Made by a program: the position numbers and the translations under genes. 64,000 nt of DNA, taken from contig JBBRLJ010000004.1 of assembly GCA_038231435.1 (NCBI GenBank), forward strand, positions 79,376-143,375. Reading direction: 5' to 3'. The notes beneath the pieces are model-generated. The model saw only the letters and a list, made by a program, of their open reading frames with translations. It did not search any database and was not told the DNA's origin. This stretch comes from Planctomycetota bacterium (GTDB taxonomy: Bacteria > Planctomycetota > UBA11346). Positions 1 through 11,515 of this stretch are shown here, piece after piece (the first letter of the stretch is position 1; every line of letters begins with the position of its first letter).

Positions 1-38
1 CCGTGTTCATCGGCCTCTGCGCGCATCCCGAACACTGA
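1..38 (+). CDS. atpB: F0F1 ATP synthase subunit a, C-terminal fragment (truncated by window edge)
   Basis: The frame starting at 3 reads VFIGLCAHPEH-stop, a typical subunit-a C-terminus, directly upstream of atpE. Confidence 0.7.
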   Translation, partial: VFIGLCAHPEH

Positions 39-100
39 TCCCGCTCAATCTTACCACTTCCCGCACCATCAGCACCCCTCCGCATTCAGAAGGACAGCCC

Positions 101-412
101 ATGTCAGACCTCGCCACCATCGCCATGAGCGTGATGAACGCCCTACCCGCCGCGGACGCCACCGTGGACACCACCATGGAGGCCGCCCGTGCCACCACTC
201 ACGGCCTCCTGACGATCGGCCGAGGCGCGGCGTACGGCGCGGCAGCCGGCGGCGCCAGCGTCGGCATCGGCTTGGTGGTCGCCGCCACCATCAGCGGCAT
301 CGCCCGCCAGCCCGAGCAGGGCGGCGCGCTGCGCACCCTGATGTTTATCGGCATCGGCTTCATCGAGGTGTTCGCGCTCATCGGCTTCGCCTACCTCTTC
401 ATCTTGACCTGA
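101..412 (+). CDS. atpE: F0F1 ATP synthase subunit c (N-terminally extended)
   Basis: Gly-rich first helix, ARQPE loop, ion-binding Glu in GFIEVFAL; SD-like GAAGGA upstream; operon position. Confidence 0.95.
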   Translation: MSDLATIAMSVMNALPAADATVDTTMEAARATTHGLLTIGRGAAYGAAAGGASVGIGLVVAATISGIARQPEQGGALRTLMFIGIGFIEVFALIGFAYLFILT

Positions 413-482
413 GCCCGACCGATACACGCCCGCGGCCCCGCCGCAGGCTGACGCCTGCACCCCATCTCCCATCGGGACCACC

Positions 483-992
483 ATGGAAGAGTTCTTCGAG
501 TCCAACGTCGCCAACTTCTTCTGGGGAGTCGCCGCGTTCATCGTGTTCGTGATGATCTTCTACCGCCTGGCGGTGAAGCACATCCTGGCCGCGATCGACG
601 CGCGCGAGGCCAAGATCTCGCAGCAGATGAAGGAGGCCGAGGACGCCTACGTGCGCGCCAAGCGCGTGCAGGCCGATGTCGACGCCAAGTTCGCCGCCGC
701 CGAGACCAAGATCTCGGCGATGATGACCGAGGCCCGTAAGGACGCCGAATCCTTCAAGGCGGACCTGGTCGACAAGGGCAAGACCGAGATCGAAGCCGGC
801 CGCCAGCGCTCGCTGCGCGACATCGACGCCGCCCGCCACGCCGCGGTCATCACCCTGCGGCAGGAGATCGCCGTGGTCGCGACCCAGGTCGCCGAGAAGA
901 TCGTGCGCGAAAAGATCGACGCCGCAAAGCACGAGGACCTGGTCGGCCAGGCCATCGACGCGTACGAAGCCAGCCAGGGCGGGAAGAAGTAG
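483..992 (+). CDS. atpF: F0F1 ATP synthase subunit b
   Basis: N-terminal TM helix (FFWGVAAFIVFVMIF) followed by a long charged coiled coil; operon position. Confidence 0.93.
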   Translation: MEEFFESNVANFFWGVAAFIVFVMIFYRLAVKHILAAIDAREAKISQQMKEAEDAYVRAKRVQADVDAKFAAAETKISAMMTEARKDAESFKADLVDKGKTEIEAGRQRSLRDIDAARHAAVITLRQEIAVVATQVAEKIVREKIDAAKHEDLVGQAIDAYEASQGGKK

Positions 993-993
993 C

Positions 994-1572
994 ATGGCCG
1001 CGGGAACGGTAGCCGGAGTCTACGCGCAAGCGCTGCTCGAGCTCAGTGACGAGCGCGGCAAGCGCGCCGGCGTGGTCGAGTCGTGCCGCGGCCTCGCTGG
1101 CACCAGTGAGCGCGACACCGCGCTCACCCAGGGGCTCATCGCCCAGCTCGACGATCCGCGCCTCGGCAAGGACAAGGCCAAGGCGGCGCTCAAGGCCTCG
1201 CTCGCGGGCAAGGTCGAGCCCGAGGTCTCGGACCTGCTGCTGCTGCTGGTCGATCGCAACCGCCTGGGCGACGCCCAGGCGATCCTGCGCGAGGTCGTGC
1301 GCATCGCCGACGCCCAGGCCGGAACCGTACGCGTCGACGTGGTCACCGCGCAGCCCCTGTCCGCCGGCGCCAGCACGCGTCTGGCCGACGGCCTCAAGCG
1401 CACCCTCGGCCCCGGCGCGTTCGTCAGCGCCAGCGTCGATGCCAAGCTCATCGGCGGCATGACCGTCCGCGTGGGCGACGTCTACGTCGACGGCAGCGTC
1501 AAGCGCCAGCTCGCCGAGATGAAAGCCAAGATCCTCGAAGCGCCCATAAGCGAAAACCTGTGGAACGCCTGA
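994..1572 (+). CDS. atpH: F0F1 ATP synthase subunit delta
   Basis: [10 protein letters not shown]-terminus, LLVDRNRL, C-terminal [22 protein letters not shown] motif. Confidence 0.95.
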   Translation: MAAGTVAGVYAQALLELSDERGKRAGVVESCRGLAGTSERDTALTQGLIAQLDDPRLGKDKAKAALKASLAGKVEPEVSDLLLLLVDRNRLGDAQAILREVVRIADAQAGTVRVDVVTAQPLSAGASTRLADGLKRTLGPGAFVSASVDAKLIGGMTVRVGDVYVDGSVKRQLAEMKAKILEAPISENLWNA

Positions 1573-1612
1573 AGCCTCTCTCCGCCGTTATTTTCCAGAT
1601 GAAGGAGTTTCC

Positions 1613-3217
1613 GTGAAGATCCGCGCCGATGAAATGACCGCCGTCATCAAGGACCAGCTGAAGAACTACGGTTCTCAGGTGGCCGTGGACGAAGTGGGCA
1701 CGGTCGTGCAGGTGGGTGACGGCATCGCCCGCATCACCGGCCTCGCCGGGGCCATGGCCGGCGAGATGATCGAGTTCGAGAACGGCTCGTACGGCCTCGC
1801 GCTCAACCTCGAAGAGGGCATCATCGGCTCGGTGGTCATGGGCGACTACACCACCATCAAGGAAGGCGGCCTCGCCAAGCGCACCAAGCGCGTGCTCGAG
1901 GTGCCGGTCGGCCAGGCCCTGCTCGGCCGCGTGGTCGATCCGCTCGGCCGCCCGATGGACGGCAAGGGTCCGATCGCGAACGAAGCCACCCGCAAGGTCG
2001 AGAGCCCGGCGCCCGGCTTGGCCGATCGCAAGAGCGTGCACGAGCCGCTGCAGACCGGCCTCAAGTCGATCGACGCGATGATCCCCGTTGGCCGTGGCCA
2101 GCGCGAGCTGATCATCGGCGACCGCAAGACCGGCAAGACCGCCATCTGCATCGACACCATCATCAACCAGAAGGGCAAGGGCGTCGTCTGCGTCTACGTC
2201 GCCATCGGCCAGAAGGAGTCGACGGTCTCGGCGATCGTGAAGCAGCTCGAAGAGACCGGCGCGATGGCCTACACCATCGTGGTCAGCGCCTCGGCCTCGC
2301 AGCCCGCCTCGTTGCAGTACCTGGCCCCCTACGCCGGCGCGGCGATGGCCGAGTACTTCATGTACAACACCTGGGCGACCGACGCCAAGGGCCTGCCGAC
2401 CCTCACCGGCGGCAAGTTCACCATGAAGGGCGTCAAAGAAGGCGGCCGCGGCATCGCAACGTTCTGCGCCTACGACGACCTCACCAAGCAGGCCGCCGCG
2501 TACCGCGAGATGTCGCTGCTGCTGCGCCGCCCGCCCGGCCGCGAAGCCTTCCCCGGCGACGTGTTCTATCTACACAGCCGCCTGCTCGAGCGCGCGGCCA
2601 AGCTCAGCGACAAGCTCGGCGGCGGATCGATGACCTCGTTCCCGGTGATCGAGACGCAGGAGGGCGAGGTCTCGGCCTACATCCCGACCAACGTAATCTC
2701 GATCACCGACGGTCAGATCTACCTGCAGGGCGACCTGTTCAACGCCGGCCAGCGCCCAGCGGTCGACGTCGGCATCTCGGTGTCGCGCGTGGGTGGCAAC
2801 GCCCAGATCAAGGGCATGAAGAAGGTTGCCGGCACGTTGCGCCTCGATCTTGCGGCCTACCGCGAGCTCGAAGCCTTCGCGCAGCTCGGCACCGAGCTCG
2901 ATCCGGCCACGCAGAAGCAGCTGGATCGCGGCGCGCGCATGGTCGAGCTGCTCAAGCAGGGCCAGGCCCAGCCGCTGCAGGTCGAGGACCAGGTGTTCAT
3001 GATCAAGGGCGCCGGCATGGGCATGCTCGATGAGGTGCCGGTGGCGCAGGTCGGCCTGTTCGAGAAGGAATTCCTCGGCTTCATGAACTCGGAATACACC
3101 GAGCTGGTGAAGGAACTCTCTGAGAAGAAGGCGTTCTCGGACGAGGGTGAGAAGAAGTTCGCCGAGGCCATCGGGCGCTTCAAGACCAACTTCAAGAACA
3201 AGCACAAGGCCGCCTGA
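1613..3217 (+). CDS. atpA: F0F1 ATP synthase subunit alpha
   Basis: [18 protein letters not shown]-loop, [41 protein letters not shown] start with AAGGAG SD. Confidence 0.99.
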   Translation: MKIRADEMTAVIKDQLKNYGSQVAVDEVGTVVQVGDGIARITGLAGAMAGEMIEFENGSYGLALNLEEGIIGSVVMGDYTTIKEGGLAKRTKRVLEVPVGQALLGRVVDPLGRPMDGKGPIANEATRKVESPAPGLADRKSVHEPLQTGLKSIDAMIPVGRGQRELIIGDRKTGKTAICIDTIINQKGKGVVCVYVAIGQKESTVSAIVKQLEETGAMAYTIVVSASASQPASLQYLAPYAGAAMAEYFMYNTWATDAKGLPTLTGGKFTMKGVKEGGRGIATFCAYDDLTKQAAAYREMSLLLRRPPGREAFPGDVFYLHSRLLERAAKLSDKLGGGSMTSFPVIETQEGEVSAYIPTNVISITDGQIYLQGDLFNAGQRPAVDVGISVSRVGGNAQIKGMKKVAGTLRLDLAAYRELEAFAQLGTELDPATQKQLDRGARMVELLKQGQAQPLQVEDQVFMIKGAGMGMLDEVPVAQVGLFEKEFLGFMNSEYTELVKELSEKKAFSDEGEKKFAEAIGRFKTNFKNKHKAA

Positions 3218-3265
3218 GCGCTCCGGTCCCCACGCACCCCAGCACCACGCACCGAGCAACGTCCC

Positions 3266-4165
3266 ATGGCCAACCTCAGAGATCTCCGCAAGCGCCGCAA
3301 GAGCACCGCGAACACGCGTAAGATCACGCGTACGATGGAGCTGGTGGCGTCGGCGAAGCTCAAGAAGGCCCAGGACGCCGCGGCCGCCTCGCGGCCGTAC
3401 GCCGAAGGCCTGCGCGAGCTGGTCGCGCAGATCTCGGCCGCCGCGGGCAGCGGTTCGGCGCACGCGTTGATGAAGGCGCGCCCCGAGGGCAAGAAGGTGG
3501 CGATCCTGCTCGCGTCCTCCGATCGCGGCCTCGCCGGCGCGTTCAACGCCAACCTGGTGATGAAGGCCATCCAGCGCGCCAAGGTCCACCAGGCCGCCGG
3601 CCGCACCGTCGAGTTCGTCGCGCTCGGCAAGAAGGGCGGCAGCACGCTCGGCTTCTTCGGCTACACCCCCACCGAGACCCACACCGGCATCGTCGGGGCC
3701 ACGCAGTACCATCACGCCGACAAGGTCGCCGGCCCGGTGATCCAGCGCTTCCTCAAGGGCCAGGTCGACATCGTCGAAGTCGTCTACGCGCGCTTCATCA
3801 GCGCCGCTCGCCAGGTGCCCGACAGCTATGTGATGCTGCCGGTTGGCGCCGATGCGCCGGCCGATGCCTCGGCCAAGGACTCGCCGAAGAAAGTCGCCAA
3901 GCCGAACTTCGACTACATCTACATCCCCGAGCCCGAAGAGCTGCTCGCGGCGATCATCCCGCTGACGGTCACCACCGCGCTGTTCTCGGCGCTCCTGCAG
4001 ACCACCGCCGCCGAGCACGCCGCTCGCCGCGTGGCGATGAAGAACGCCACCGACGCCGCCGCCGACATGGTCAAGGCCATCTCCGGCGCCTATAACCGTG
4101 GCCGCCAGGGCAAGATCACCCAAGAGATCGCCGAGATCGTCGGCGCGGTCGAGGCGATGGCGTGA
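3266..4165 (+). CDS. atpG: F0F1 ATP synthase subunit gamma
   Basis: KITRTMELVASAK, SDRGLAGAFN, AMKNATD, RQGKITQEIAEIVGA. Confidence 0.98.
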   Translation: MANLRDLRKRRKSTANTRKITRTMELVASAKLKKAQDAAAASRPYAEGLRELVAQISAAAGSGSAHALMKARPEGKKVAILLASSDRGLAGAFNANLVMKAIQRAKVHQAAGRTVEFVALGKKGGSTLGFFGYTPTETHTGIVGATQYHHADKVAGPVIQRFLKGQVDIVEVVYARFISAARQVPDSYVMLPVGADAPADASAKDSPKKVAKPNFDYIYIPEPEELLAAIIPLTVTTALFSALLQTTAAEHAARRVAMKNATDAAADMVKAISGAYNRGRQGKITQEIAEIVGAVEAMA

Positions 4166-4227
4166 TTGTCCACCGCTCCACCATCAGCATCCACTTCCGC
4201 GCATTCCTCGACGCCAGTCTCGGCTAA

Positions 4228-5766
<1,539 letters not shown>

Positions 5767-5772
5767 CTGTCG

Positions 5773-5818
5773 GTTGGGGGGCTACGCCCCCCAACATCGC
5801 CCTCCGGGCTGCCCCCCA
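5773..5818 (+). repeat. REP-like double-hairpin element, copy 1
   Basis: GTTGGGGGGC-TAC-GCCCCCCAAC-ATC-GCCC-TCC-GGGC-TGCCCCCCA; homologous copies at about 14709-14755 (-) and 43476-43521 (+). Confidence 0.85.
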
Positions 5819-5879
5819 GACGGCAAGAGGGGTTGGGATTCAGGAATCGGAACCGACGAACTCGTAAGGTGCGCGACCC

Positions 5880-6269
5880 ATGACCTTCAAGGTGCACATC
5901 ATCACGCCCGAGAAGGCGCTGCCCGAGCTGGACGCCGACCATGTGACCATCGTGGCCGTCGACGGCCAAGTGGGCATCCGCACCGATCACGCGCCCCTGG
6001 TGGCGCTGATCGCCGAGAAGGACGGCTACGCGATGATCAAGACCTTCGGCAAGGAGGGCTACCGCGCCTTCGCGCTGAAGGGCGGCGTCGCGCAGATGTT
6101 GAACAACCAGCTCAAGATCCTCTCGCCGCGTGCGGTGGATGTGCATCAGCTCGATACCGCCGCGACGTCGAAGAAGGCCGAGGCCGCGAAGGATGACGGC
6201 GAGCGCGCGTGGCTGCAGCATCAGCTGGCGGTGGCGGCGATCTGGCCGGCGCCTACTGCGCACGTTTGA
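5880..6269 (+). CDS. atpC: F0F1 ATP synthase subunit epsilon
   Basis: VHIITPEK, DGQVGIRTDHAPLV, GGVAQM; last gene of the atp operon. Confidence 0.93.
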   Translation: MTFKVHIITPEKALPELDADHVTIVAVDGQVGIRTDHAPLVALIAEKDGYAMIKTFGKEGYRAFALKGGVAQMLNNQLKILSPRAVDVHQLDTAATSKKAEAAKDDGERAWLQHQLAVAAIWPAPTAHV

Positions 6270-6274
6270 AGGCA

Positions 6275-6366
6275 GAGAAGACGGAAGTCTGAAGATCGAA
6301 GACCGGACACGTTTTCCGGCGTTCACGTGCGTCTTGGCTCTCTCCTCTTCCGTCTTCCGTCTTCTC
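6275..6366. repeat. Inverted pair of heptamer (GAAGACN) tandem arrays
   Basis: GAGAAGACGGAAGTCTGAAGATCGAAGACC followed by CTCTTCCGTCTTCCGTCTTCTC, between convergent genes. Confidence 0.8.
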
Positions 6367-6385
6367 CGCTGTCCCCTGTCCAGCC

Positions 6386-7894
6386 TTACGGCAACGTCTC
6401 GATGTCCTTGCCCATCACCGAGGCGAGGTTCTTGAGCATGACCGCGGGGGTGGATTCGTCGTCCTTGCCGGTGGTCGAGGCGAGTTTGATGTAGCAGCTG
6501 CGGGCCATGCCCGGATAGGCACTGTCGAGATGGGCCCAGTGGCCGTCGACGTAGGCGCTGTTCCAGGCGTGGCCGACCCAGCCGCCATGGTCGGCCGAGA
6601 ATACCATGCCTACCTCGATACGCGCGGGGATGCCGGCGATGCGCAGCGCGGCACACAGCAGCGCCGCGTGCTCGGTGCAGTCGCCATGGCGCGAACGGAA
6701 GGTCGCCAGCGCCGAACCATCGCCGACGCTCAGGTCGCGCTTGAGGTAGGCACGCACCGCCAAGCGCAGATCCTCGGCCACGTCCGCCTGCGTCACCGCA
6801 TCGGCCGGCGAGACCGCGCGCGCCTGGGGCGCTGAGGTCACGTCATCCACCCACTGGCGCATCGCGGGATCGTCGATCTCGAGGTGCGGCTCGGCCTTCA
6901 GGTACTCCTCGCGCTCGGCGAGCGCGCTGGGGACCGCTTCCGAGACCACGGTGAGCACGCCCTCATCCAGATGCTGGAACTCGTCCTCGGCGGCGATCCC
7001 GCCTTCCGGCAAGCGGTAGCGGTTCACGGCGGCCGGCTTCGGTGCCGGACCCGTGGCGGTCACCAGGCCGGTGGCGGCCATGTCGGCCCCGAGCAGCGAG
7101 ACCGGGCCGTCGGACGGCTTCAGCTCGAGCTTGAAGATCGCCAGGTTCATCGTCATCCCGAGCAGGTCGCCCTTGGGCGAGAGCAGCATGCGCATGGGGA
7201 TGGGCATCACGTCGGTGACCAGGTCGAAGGCCCGTCCGCCGACAGCGTCGACGCCCGAGTAGGTCGCGGTGCTGGTCACGATCATCACACGATCGTTAAC
7301 CAGGCCGACCGAGACGAAGCTCTGCGCCTCGCCGGCCTTGAGGTCGGCCCGGCACAACAGCTCCTGGCTGCGGCGATCGCCGACCAGCTCGGTGCCGGCA
7401 GACAGCGGCAGATCGAAGTCGGTCTTGCGTCCGAGGCGATGCAGGGTCGCGATCACGTGGCGGGCATCGCCTGACGCATCGCCTGACTTCTCGACCCGGC
7501 CCGAGGCGCTCGATCGCGTGCCGCTCTCTTCATGGTCGAAGCGGAAGGAGGTGATGTTGCCGGCGGCGCCTTCCTCGAACACCTGCGAATCGCGCACCTC
7601 GAGGCGGGTGTCGGCTTCGGCCGGCGCTTTCTTCTCGGGCTTCTTCTTGGCGGGATCATCGAGGTTGCGCTTGATCACCAGCGCCATGTCGGTCGAGGTG
7701 GTGCGCGTACCGTCGGCGTGGCGCGTACACACCTCGTGCAGCGATACCGCCGGATGGCCATTGAGCTCGCCGACGAACCATTGGTCGGTCTCAAGCTGAT
7801 CGCCTCCCGAGGGTGCTTCCTGGGATGAGGCCGTAGTGGCGAGCACGACGACCGAGAGCACGGCGAGGACGGTGGAGAACAGGATTCGGCGCAT
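6386..7894 (-). CDS. Secreted transglutaminase-like (cysteine protease) domain protein
   Basis: Signal peptide; GDCTEHA...GHAW...WAHLD Cys-His-Asp triad near the C-terminus. Confidence 0.88.
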   Translation of the reverse strand: MRRILFSTVLAVLSVVVLATTASSQEAPSGGDQLETDQWFVGELNGHPAVSLHEVCTRHADGTRTTSTDMALVIKRNLDDPAKKKPEKKAPAEADTRLEVRDSQVFEEGAAGNITSFRFDHEESGTRSSASGRVEKSGDASGDARHVIATLHRLGRKTDFDLPLSAGTELVGDRRSQELLCRADLKAGEAQSFVSVGLVNDRVMIVTSTATYSGVDAVGGRAFDLVTDVMPIPMRMLLSPKGDLLGMTMNLAIFKLELKPSDGPVSLLGADMAATGLVTATGPAPKPAAVNRYRLPEGGIAAEDEFQHLDEGVLTVVSEAVPSALAEREEYLKAEPHLEIDDPAMRQWVDDVTSAPQARAVSPADAVTQADVAEDLRLAVRAYLKRDLSVGDGSALATFRSRHGDCTEHAALLCAALRIAGIPARIEVGMVFSADHGGWVGHAWNSAYVDGHWAHLDSAYPGMARSCYIKLASTTGKDDESTPAVMLKNLASVMGKDIETLP

Positions 7895-8028
7895 GCCACG
7901 AGGCTAGCACCGAGGCCGGCAAGGAAAGGGATGGGGCCGAGGATCCAGGGATCCTCGGTGTTTCTACGCGCCTAGCGTCTCGCGACTCGACGTCTGTTCG
8001 CGGCTCTGCGTCTGGCCCGCTGCTGCCG

Positions 8029-8520
8029 TCACCCCGTCCACATCACCCGTTTCTCGTAGCTGGGGTGCTCGCCCCTGGCGATCGCATCCATGGCCTGGTT
8101 CGCCAAGGCATCGACGCGTTCGTTGCCGGGATTGCCGTCGTGCCCACGCACCCACTGCCACGCGATGCGGTGACCCGCGAGCAGACGATCGAGCTCCTGC
8201 AGGAGCTCGACGTTCTTGAGCGGGCCCTCCTTGCGCTTCCACCCCCGCGCCTTCCAGCCGGGAATCCATTCGCTCGCGGACTTGATCACGTACTGGCTGT
8301 CGCTGTGGATGAGCGCCGAGGTGCCGGGCTTCTTCAGCGAGCGGATCGCCATGATGGCGCCCATCAGCTCCATCTTGTTGTTGGTGGTCTCAGACTCACC
8401 ACCGCAGCGCTCGAGCGCCTCGCCGGTCTTGGGATTGATGATCAGACACGCCCATGCGCCCGGCCCGGGATTGCCCCGGCAACCGCCGTCGGAGTACGCG
8501 ATGACTTCGTGAGCGCTCAC
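8029..8520 (-). CDS. rnhA: Ribonuclease HI
   Basis: YSDGGCRGNPGPG, TTNNKMEL, SDSQYV, WVRGHDGNPGNERVDALA. Confidence 0.97.
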   Translation of the reverse strand: MSAHEVIAYSDGGCRGNPGPGAWACLIINPKTGEALERCGGESETTNNKMELMGAIMAIRSLKKPGTSALIHSDSQYVIKSASEWIPGWKARGWKRKEGPLKNVELLQELDRLLAGHRIAWQWVRGHDGNPGNERVDALANQAMDAIARGEHPSYEKRVMWTG

Positions 8521-8581
8521 GGGCGCGACGCTACCCGCGGCCCGGGCGTGGCAAGCCCGAGCGCGCTCCGATCACGCGATC

Positions 8582-9757
8582 TCACTCCGGCCCGCGCCGG
8601 TCGGGAGCAGGTGCGTCCTCGCCATCGGCGACGTCGTCGCGGTAGCCCGCGCGGAAGGCGTCGGCGAACGCGGCGAAGCGGTCCTGGCGGATCGCCGCAC
8701 GGCAGCGCGCCATCAGCTGGCGGTAGTAGGCGAGGTTGTGCAGCGACAGCAGCGTGCCGCCGAGGTGCTCGCCGCTGCGTAGCAGGTGGTGGAGGTAGCC
8801 GCGGCTGTGGCGGCTGGCCGCGCTCGGGGTCTGCGCATCGATCGGACTGGTGTCGCGAGCGCTCTCGGCGCGCTTGATGCGCTGCGGGCCGGCATCGGTG
8901 TAGGCGGTGCCATGGCGGCCCATGCGTGTGGGCAGCACGCAGTCGAATTGATCGATGCCGCGCGCGATCGCCTCGACCAGGTCGAGCGGCGTGCCGACGC
9001 CCATCAGGTAGCGCGGTTTGCCCGCCGGCAGCACCGGCGCGATCCAGTCGATCACGCGCATCCGCTCCTGGGCGCTCTCGCCCACCGCTAGCCCGCCGAG
9101 CGCGTAGCCGGGGAGATCGTGGCGCAGCGCATCCTCGGCCGATCGTTCGCGCAGATCACGGTGCAGGCCGCCCTGGACGATGCCGTAGAGCGCCTGCGAC
9201 CCCGCGCCGCCATGTTCGCCGGCGGCACGCCACGCGGCCACCGAACGCTCGAGCCACAGTGCGGTGCGGCGCGTCGCCTGATCCACCTGCGCGCGCTCCG
9301 CCGACGAGGGCGGGCATTCATCGAAGGCCATGATCATGTCGGCGCCGAGCGTGCGTTGGATGCCCACGCTCTCCTCGGGGCCGAGCATCAGCGCGGCGCC
9401 GTCGAGATGGCTGCGGAACGACACGCCCTGGTCGGTGATGATGCGATTCGCGGCCAGGCTGAACACCTGGTAGCCGCCCGAATCGGTGAGCATCGGGCCG
9501 CGCCAGCCGGCGAAGGCGTGCAATCCGCCGAGTGCTCGCACCGTCGCCGCGCCTGGACGCAGCGCGAGATGATAGGTGTTCGCGAGCATCACCCCCTGCC
9601 CGAGCGCCTCGGCCTGCTCGGCGGTGACCCCCTTCAGACCGCCGAGCGTCGCCACCGCCATGAAGCACGGCGTCGGCACGCTGCCATGCGGCGTGGTCAG
9701 GATCCCGGCCCGGGCCGAGCCGGAGACGGCGGAGATGGTGAAGGTAAGGGAGTTCAC
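8582..9757 (-). CDS. tgt: tRNA-guanine(34) transglycosylase
   Basis: TPCFMAVAT, NTYHL, TDSGGYQVFSL, FDEC, GGLAVGE, DCVLPTR; Zn-site cysteines absent. Confidence 0.96.
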   Translation of the reverse strand: MNSLTFTISAVSGSARAGILTTPHGSVPTPCFMAVATLGGLKGVTAEQAEALGQGVMLANTYHLALRPGAATVRALGGLHAFAGWRGPMLTDSGGYQVFSLAANRIITDQGVSFRSHLDGAALMLGPEESVGIQRTLGADMIMAFDECPPSSAERAQVDQATRRTALWLERSVAAWRAAGEHGGAGSQALYGIVQGGLHRDLRERSAEDALRHDLPGYALGGLAVGESAQERMRVIDWIAPVLPAGKPRYLMGVGTPLDLVEAIARGIDQFDCVLPTRMGRHGTAYTDAGPQRIKRAESARDTSPIDAQTPSAASRHSRGYLHHLLRSGEHLGGTLLSLHNLAYYRQLMARCRAAIRQDRFAAFADAFRAGYRDDVADGEDAPAPDRRGPE

Positions 9758-9789
9758 GGCGGGAGTGGATGTCGGTCGTCGGTTGTCGG

Positions 9790-9938
9790 GCTTCAGTCTG
9801 CGATCTTCGGTCTTCAGTCTTCGATCTTCGATTGTCGAACTTCTAGCCTTCGCACGTTCCCTGCATCTCGAAGCACGTGGAGAAAGCAGGAGAAGAGGGA
9901 AGATGGAAGACCGAAGACGGAAGATCGAAGAGGAAGAC
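9790..9938. repeat. Inverted pair of heptamer tandem arrays
   Basis: TCTTCGG/TCTTCAG/TCTTCGA arm, spacer, then GAAGATG/GAAGACC/GAAGACG/GAAGATC arm. Confidence 0.8.
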
Positions 9939-9964
9939 AGCTGTCGTGAATCCCCAGGATCTCT

Positions 9965-11443
9965 TCACCACTTCGTGACCAGCTGGATGTCCTGGTAGAA
10001 CGCCTTCAGTATTTCCGGCGCGAGATACTTCTCGTTCGCCATCTCCCAGGCGCTGATCTGGCTCATGCCCACGCCATGGCCGAAGCCGATGGAGGTGATC
10101 TGGTAGGTGATGGTGCGCTTGCCTTCGCTGGATTCGATGCGCTTGGGGCTGTCGGCGCTCCACAGCGTCGAGCGCAGCTGATTGGGGCCGACCAGCATGC
10201 GGAAGCTATGGGCGGGGATCTCGATGGGATCAGCGGACAGGGTATGATCGACGAGCACGGTCTCGACGCGGTTCGAGCGCTTGTCGCGCCGGCCGACGCG
10301 CAGGTTGTGGATGTAGCCGACGTGCTTGCCTTCGGCCTCGAGCAGCTTCGACAGCTTGAGCTGCAGGTCGCTGGGCTTGATCACCGTGGTGTACGTCCAG
10401 TGGGATCCCATGTAGCCCAGGCCCTCGGCGCCGAGCTGGCAGAAGCGATCCGGATGCGCGGTCATCACCAGCCCGAGCGGCACGCGGCCGAAGACGTCGC
10501 GCGAGTTTGGCAGGACGTTGTCGATCGACTCGGTGTAGCCGCCGGAACTCGCGCAGAACAGCGGGGCGAAGGGATTGGTATGGTCCACCATGGTGACGAC
10601 GCCGCGCGTCTCGCGAACCGCGCCGCGCACCGCGGCGTTGCCATTGCCGGTGCCGCGGTACTCCTGGTCGTCGGCGGTATCCATGACGTCATATTCGACG
10701 CGCGCATTGCGCGCGAGCGACTGGTGGGCGAAGGCGTAGCCGCGGCTGGCGATGGCCTGCGCCTTGAGCGCCTCGAGCGGATAGCTCGGCGACATCTCGA
10801 CCGAGATGACGCCCTCGATGTAGGATTCCATCGGCAAGCAGTTGATGGCCTCGATATCCTTCGCGCTGTGCCAGATCACCTCGAGCGAACCGCGGTAGCG
10901 GCCACCGGGAAGGGCGAACACCGCGTCGCGGTCTGCGGCCTCGAAGAGCGTCGGATCGCGCCGGGCCGGGTTGCTGGCCTGGGCGTTCGCCTCGGCGGTG
11001 GCCGTGGTGCTCGTCACCACCTCGGGCACGGTGCGGCTGGGTTGGACGCGCAGCGACGACACCGCCCAGGTGTAATCCTTGCCCCATTCCTTGCTGCCGA
11101 GCATCAGCCCGTCCTTGGTGTCGGATTGGATGCGCAACGTGGAGCCAGCGTGCAGGGTGAGATGGAGCTGCGGGTCGTCGGGATTGTACGGCGTCACCAC
11201 GTCGACGGTCTGCAGGATCGCGACGTCGAGCTTGTCGTAGGTGCGGATGGGATCCGGCGGTTGGCGGTTCAGCAGCAGCACGCGCACGCCCGGATCCTGG
11301 CCGGTGCCCGTGGCCAGCGGACCGCGCCCGTCGCGCGACGGGTCATCGATCAGGCCGCGCGTCAGGCTGATGCTGAAATACGCGAGCAGGCCGAGCAGGA
11401 CCACCACCCGCACGATCTGGTTCAGCAAATCCCCGGACAACAT
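9965..11443 (-). CDS. SpoIID/LytB domain protein (peptidoglycan lytic transglycosylase-like), membrane anchored
   Basis: N-terminal TM; INCLPMESYIEGVISVEM, EALKAQAIASRGYA, DQEYRG, GFGHGVGMSQ. Confidence 0.92.
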   Translation of the reverse strand: MLSGDLLNQIVRVVVLLGLLAYFSISLTRGLIDDPSRDGRGPLATGTGQDPGVRVLLLNRQPPDPIRTYDKLDVAILQTVDVVTPYNPDDPQLHLTLHAGSTLRIQSDTKDGLMLGSKEWGKDYTWAVSSLRVQPSRTVPEVVTSTTATAEANAQASNPARRDPTLFEAADRDAVFALPGGRYRGSLEVIWHSAKDIEAINCLPMESYIEGVISVEMSPSYPLEALKAQAIASRGYAFAHQSLARNARVEYDVMDTADDQEYRGTGNGNAAVRGAVRETRGVVTMVDHTNPFAPLFCASSGGYTESIDNVLPNSRDVFGRVPLGLVMTAHPDRFCQLGAEGLGYMGSHWTYTTVIKPSDLQLKLSKLLEAEGKHVGYIHNLRVGRRDKRSNRVETVLVDHTLSADPIEIPAHSFRMLVGPNQLRSTLWSADSPKRIESSEGKRTITYQITSIGFGHGVGMSQISAWEMANEKYLAPEILKAFYQDIQLVTKW

Positions 11444-11515
11444 CGTCGGAAAGGTATCGCGCTATGCCCCGCGCGCCAGCGGGCGGGGCGGGGCGTCGCA
11501 CGCGACCGCAGCCGC

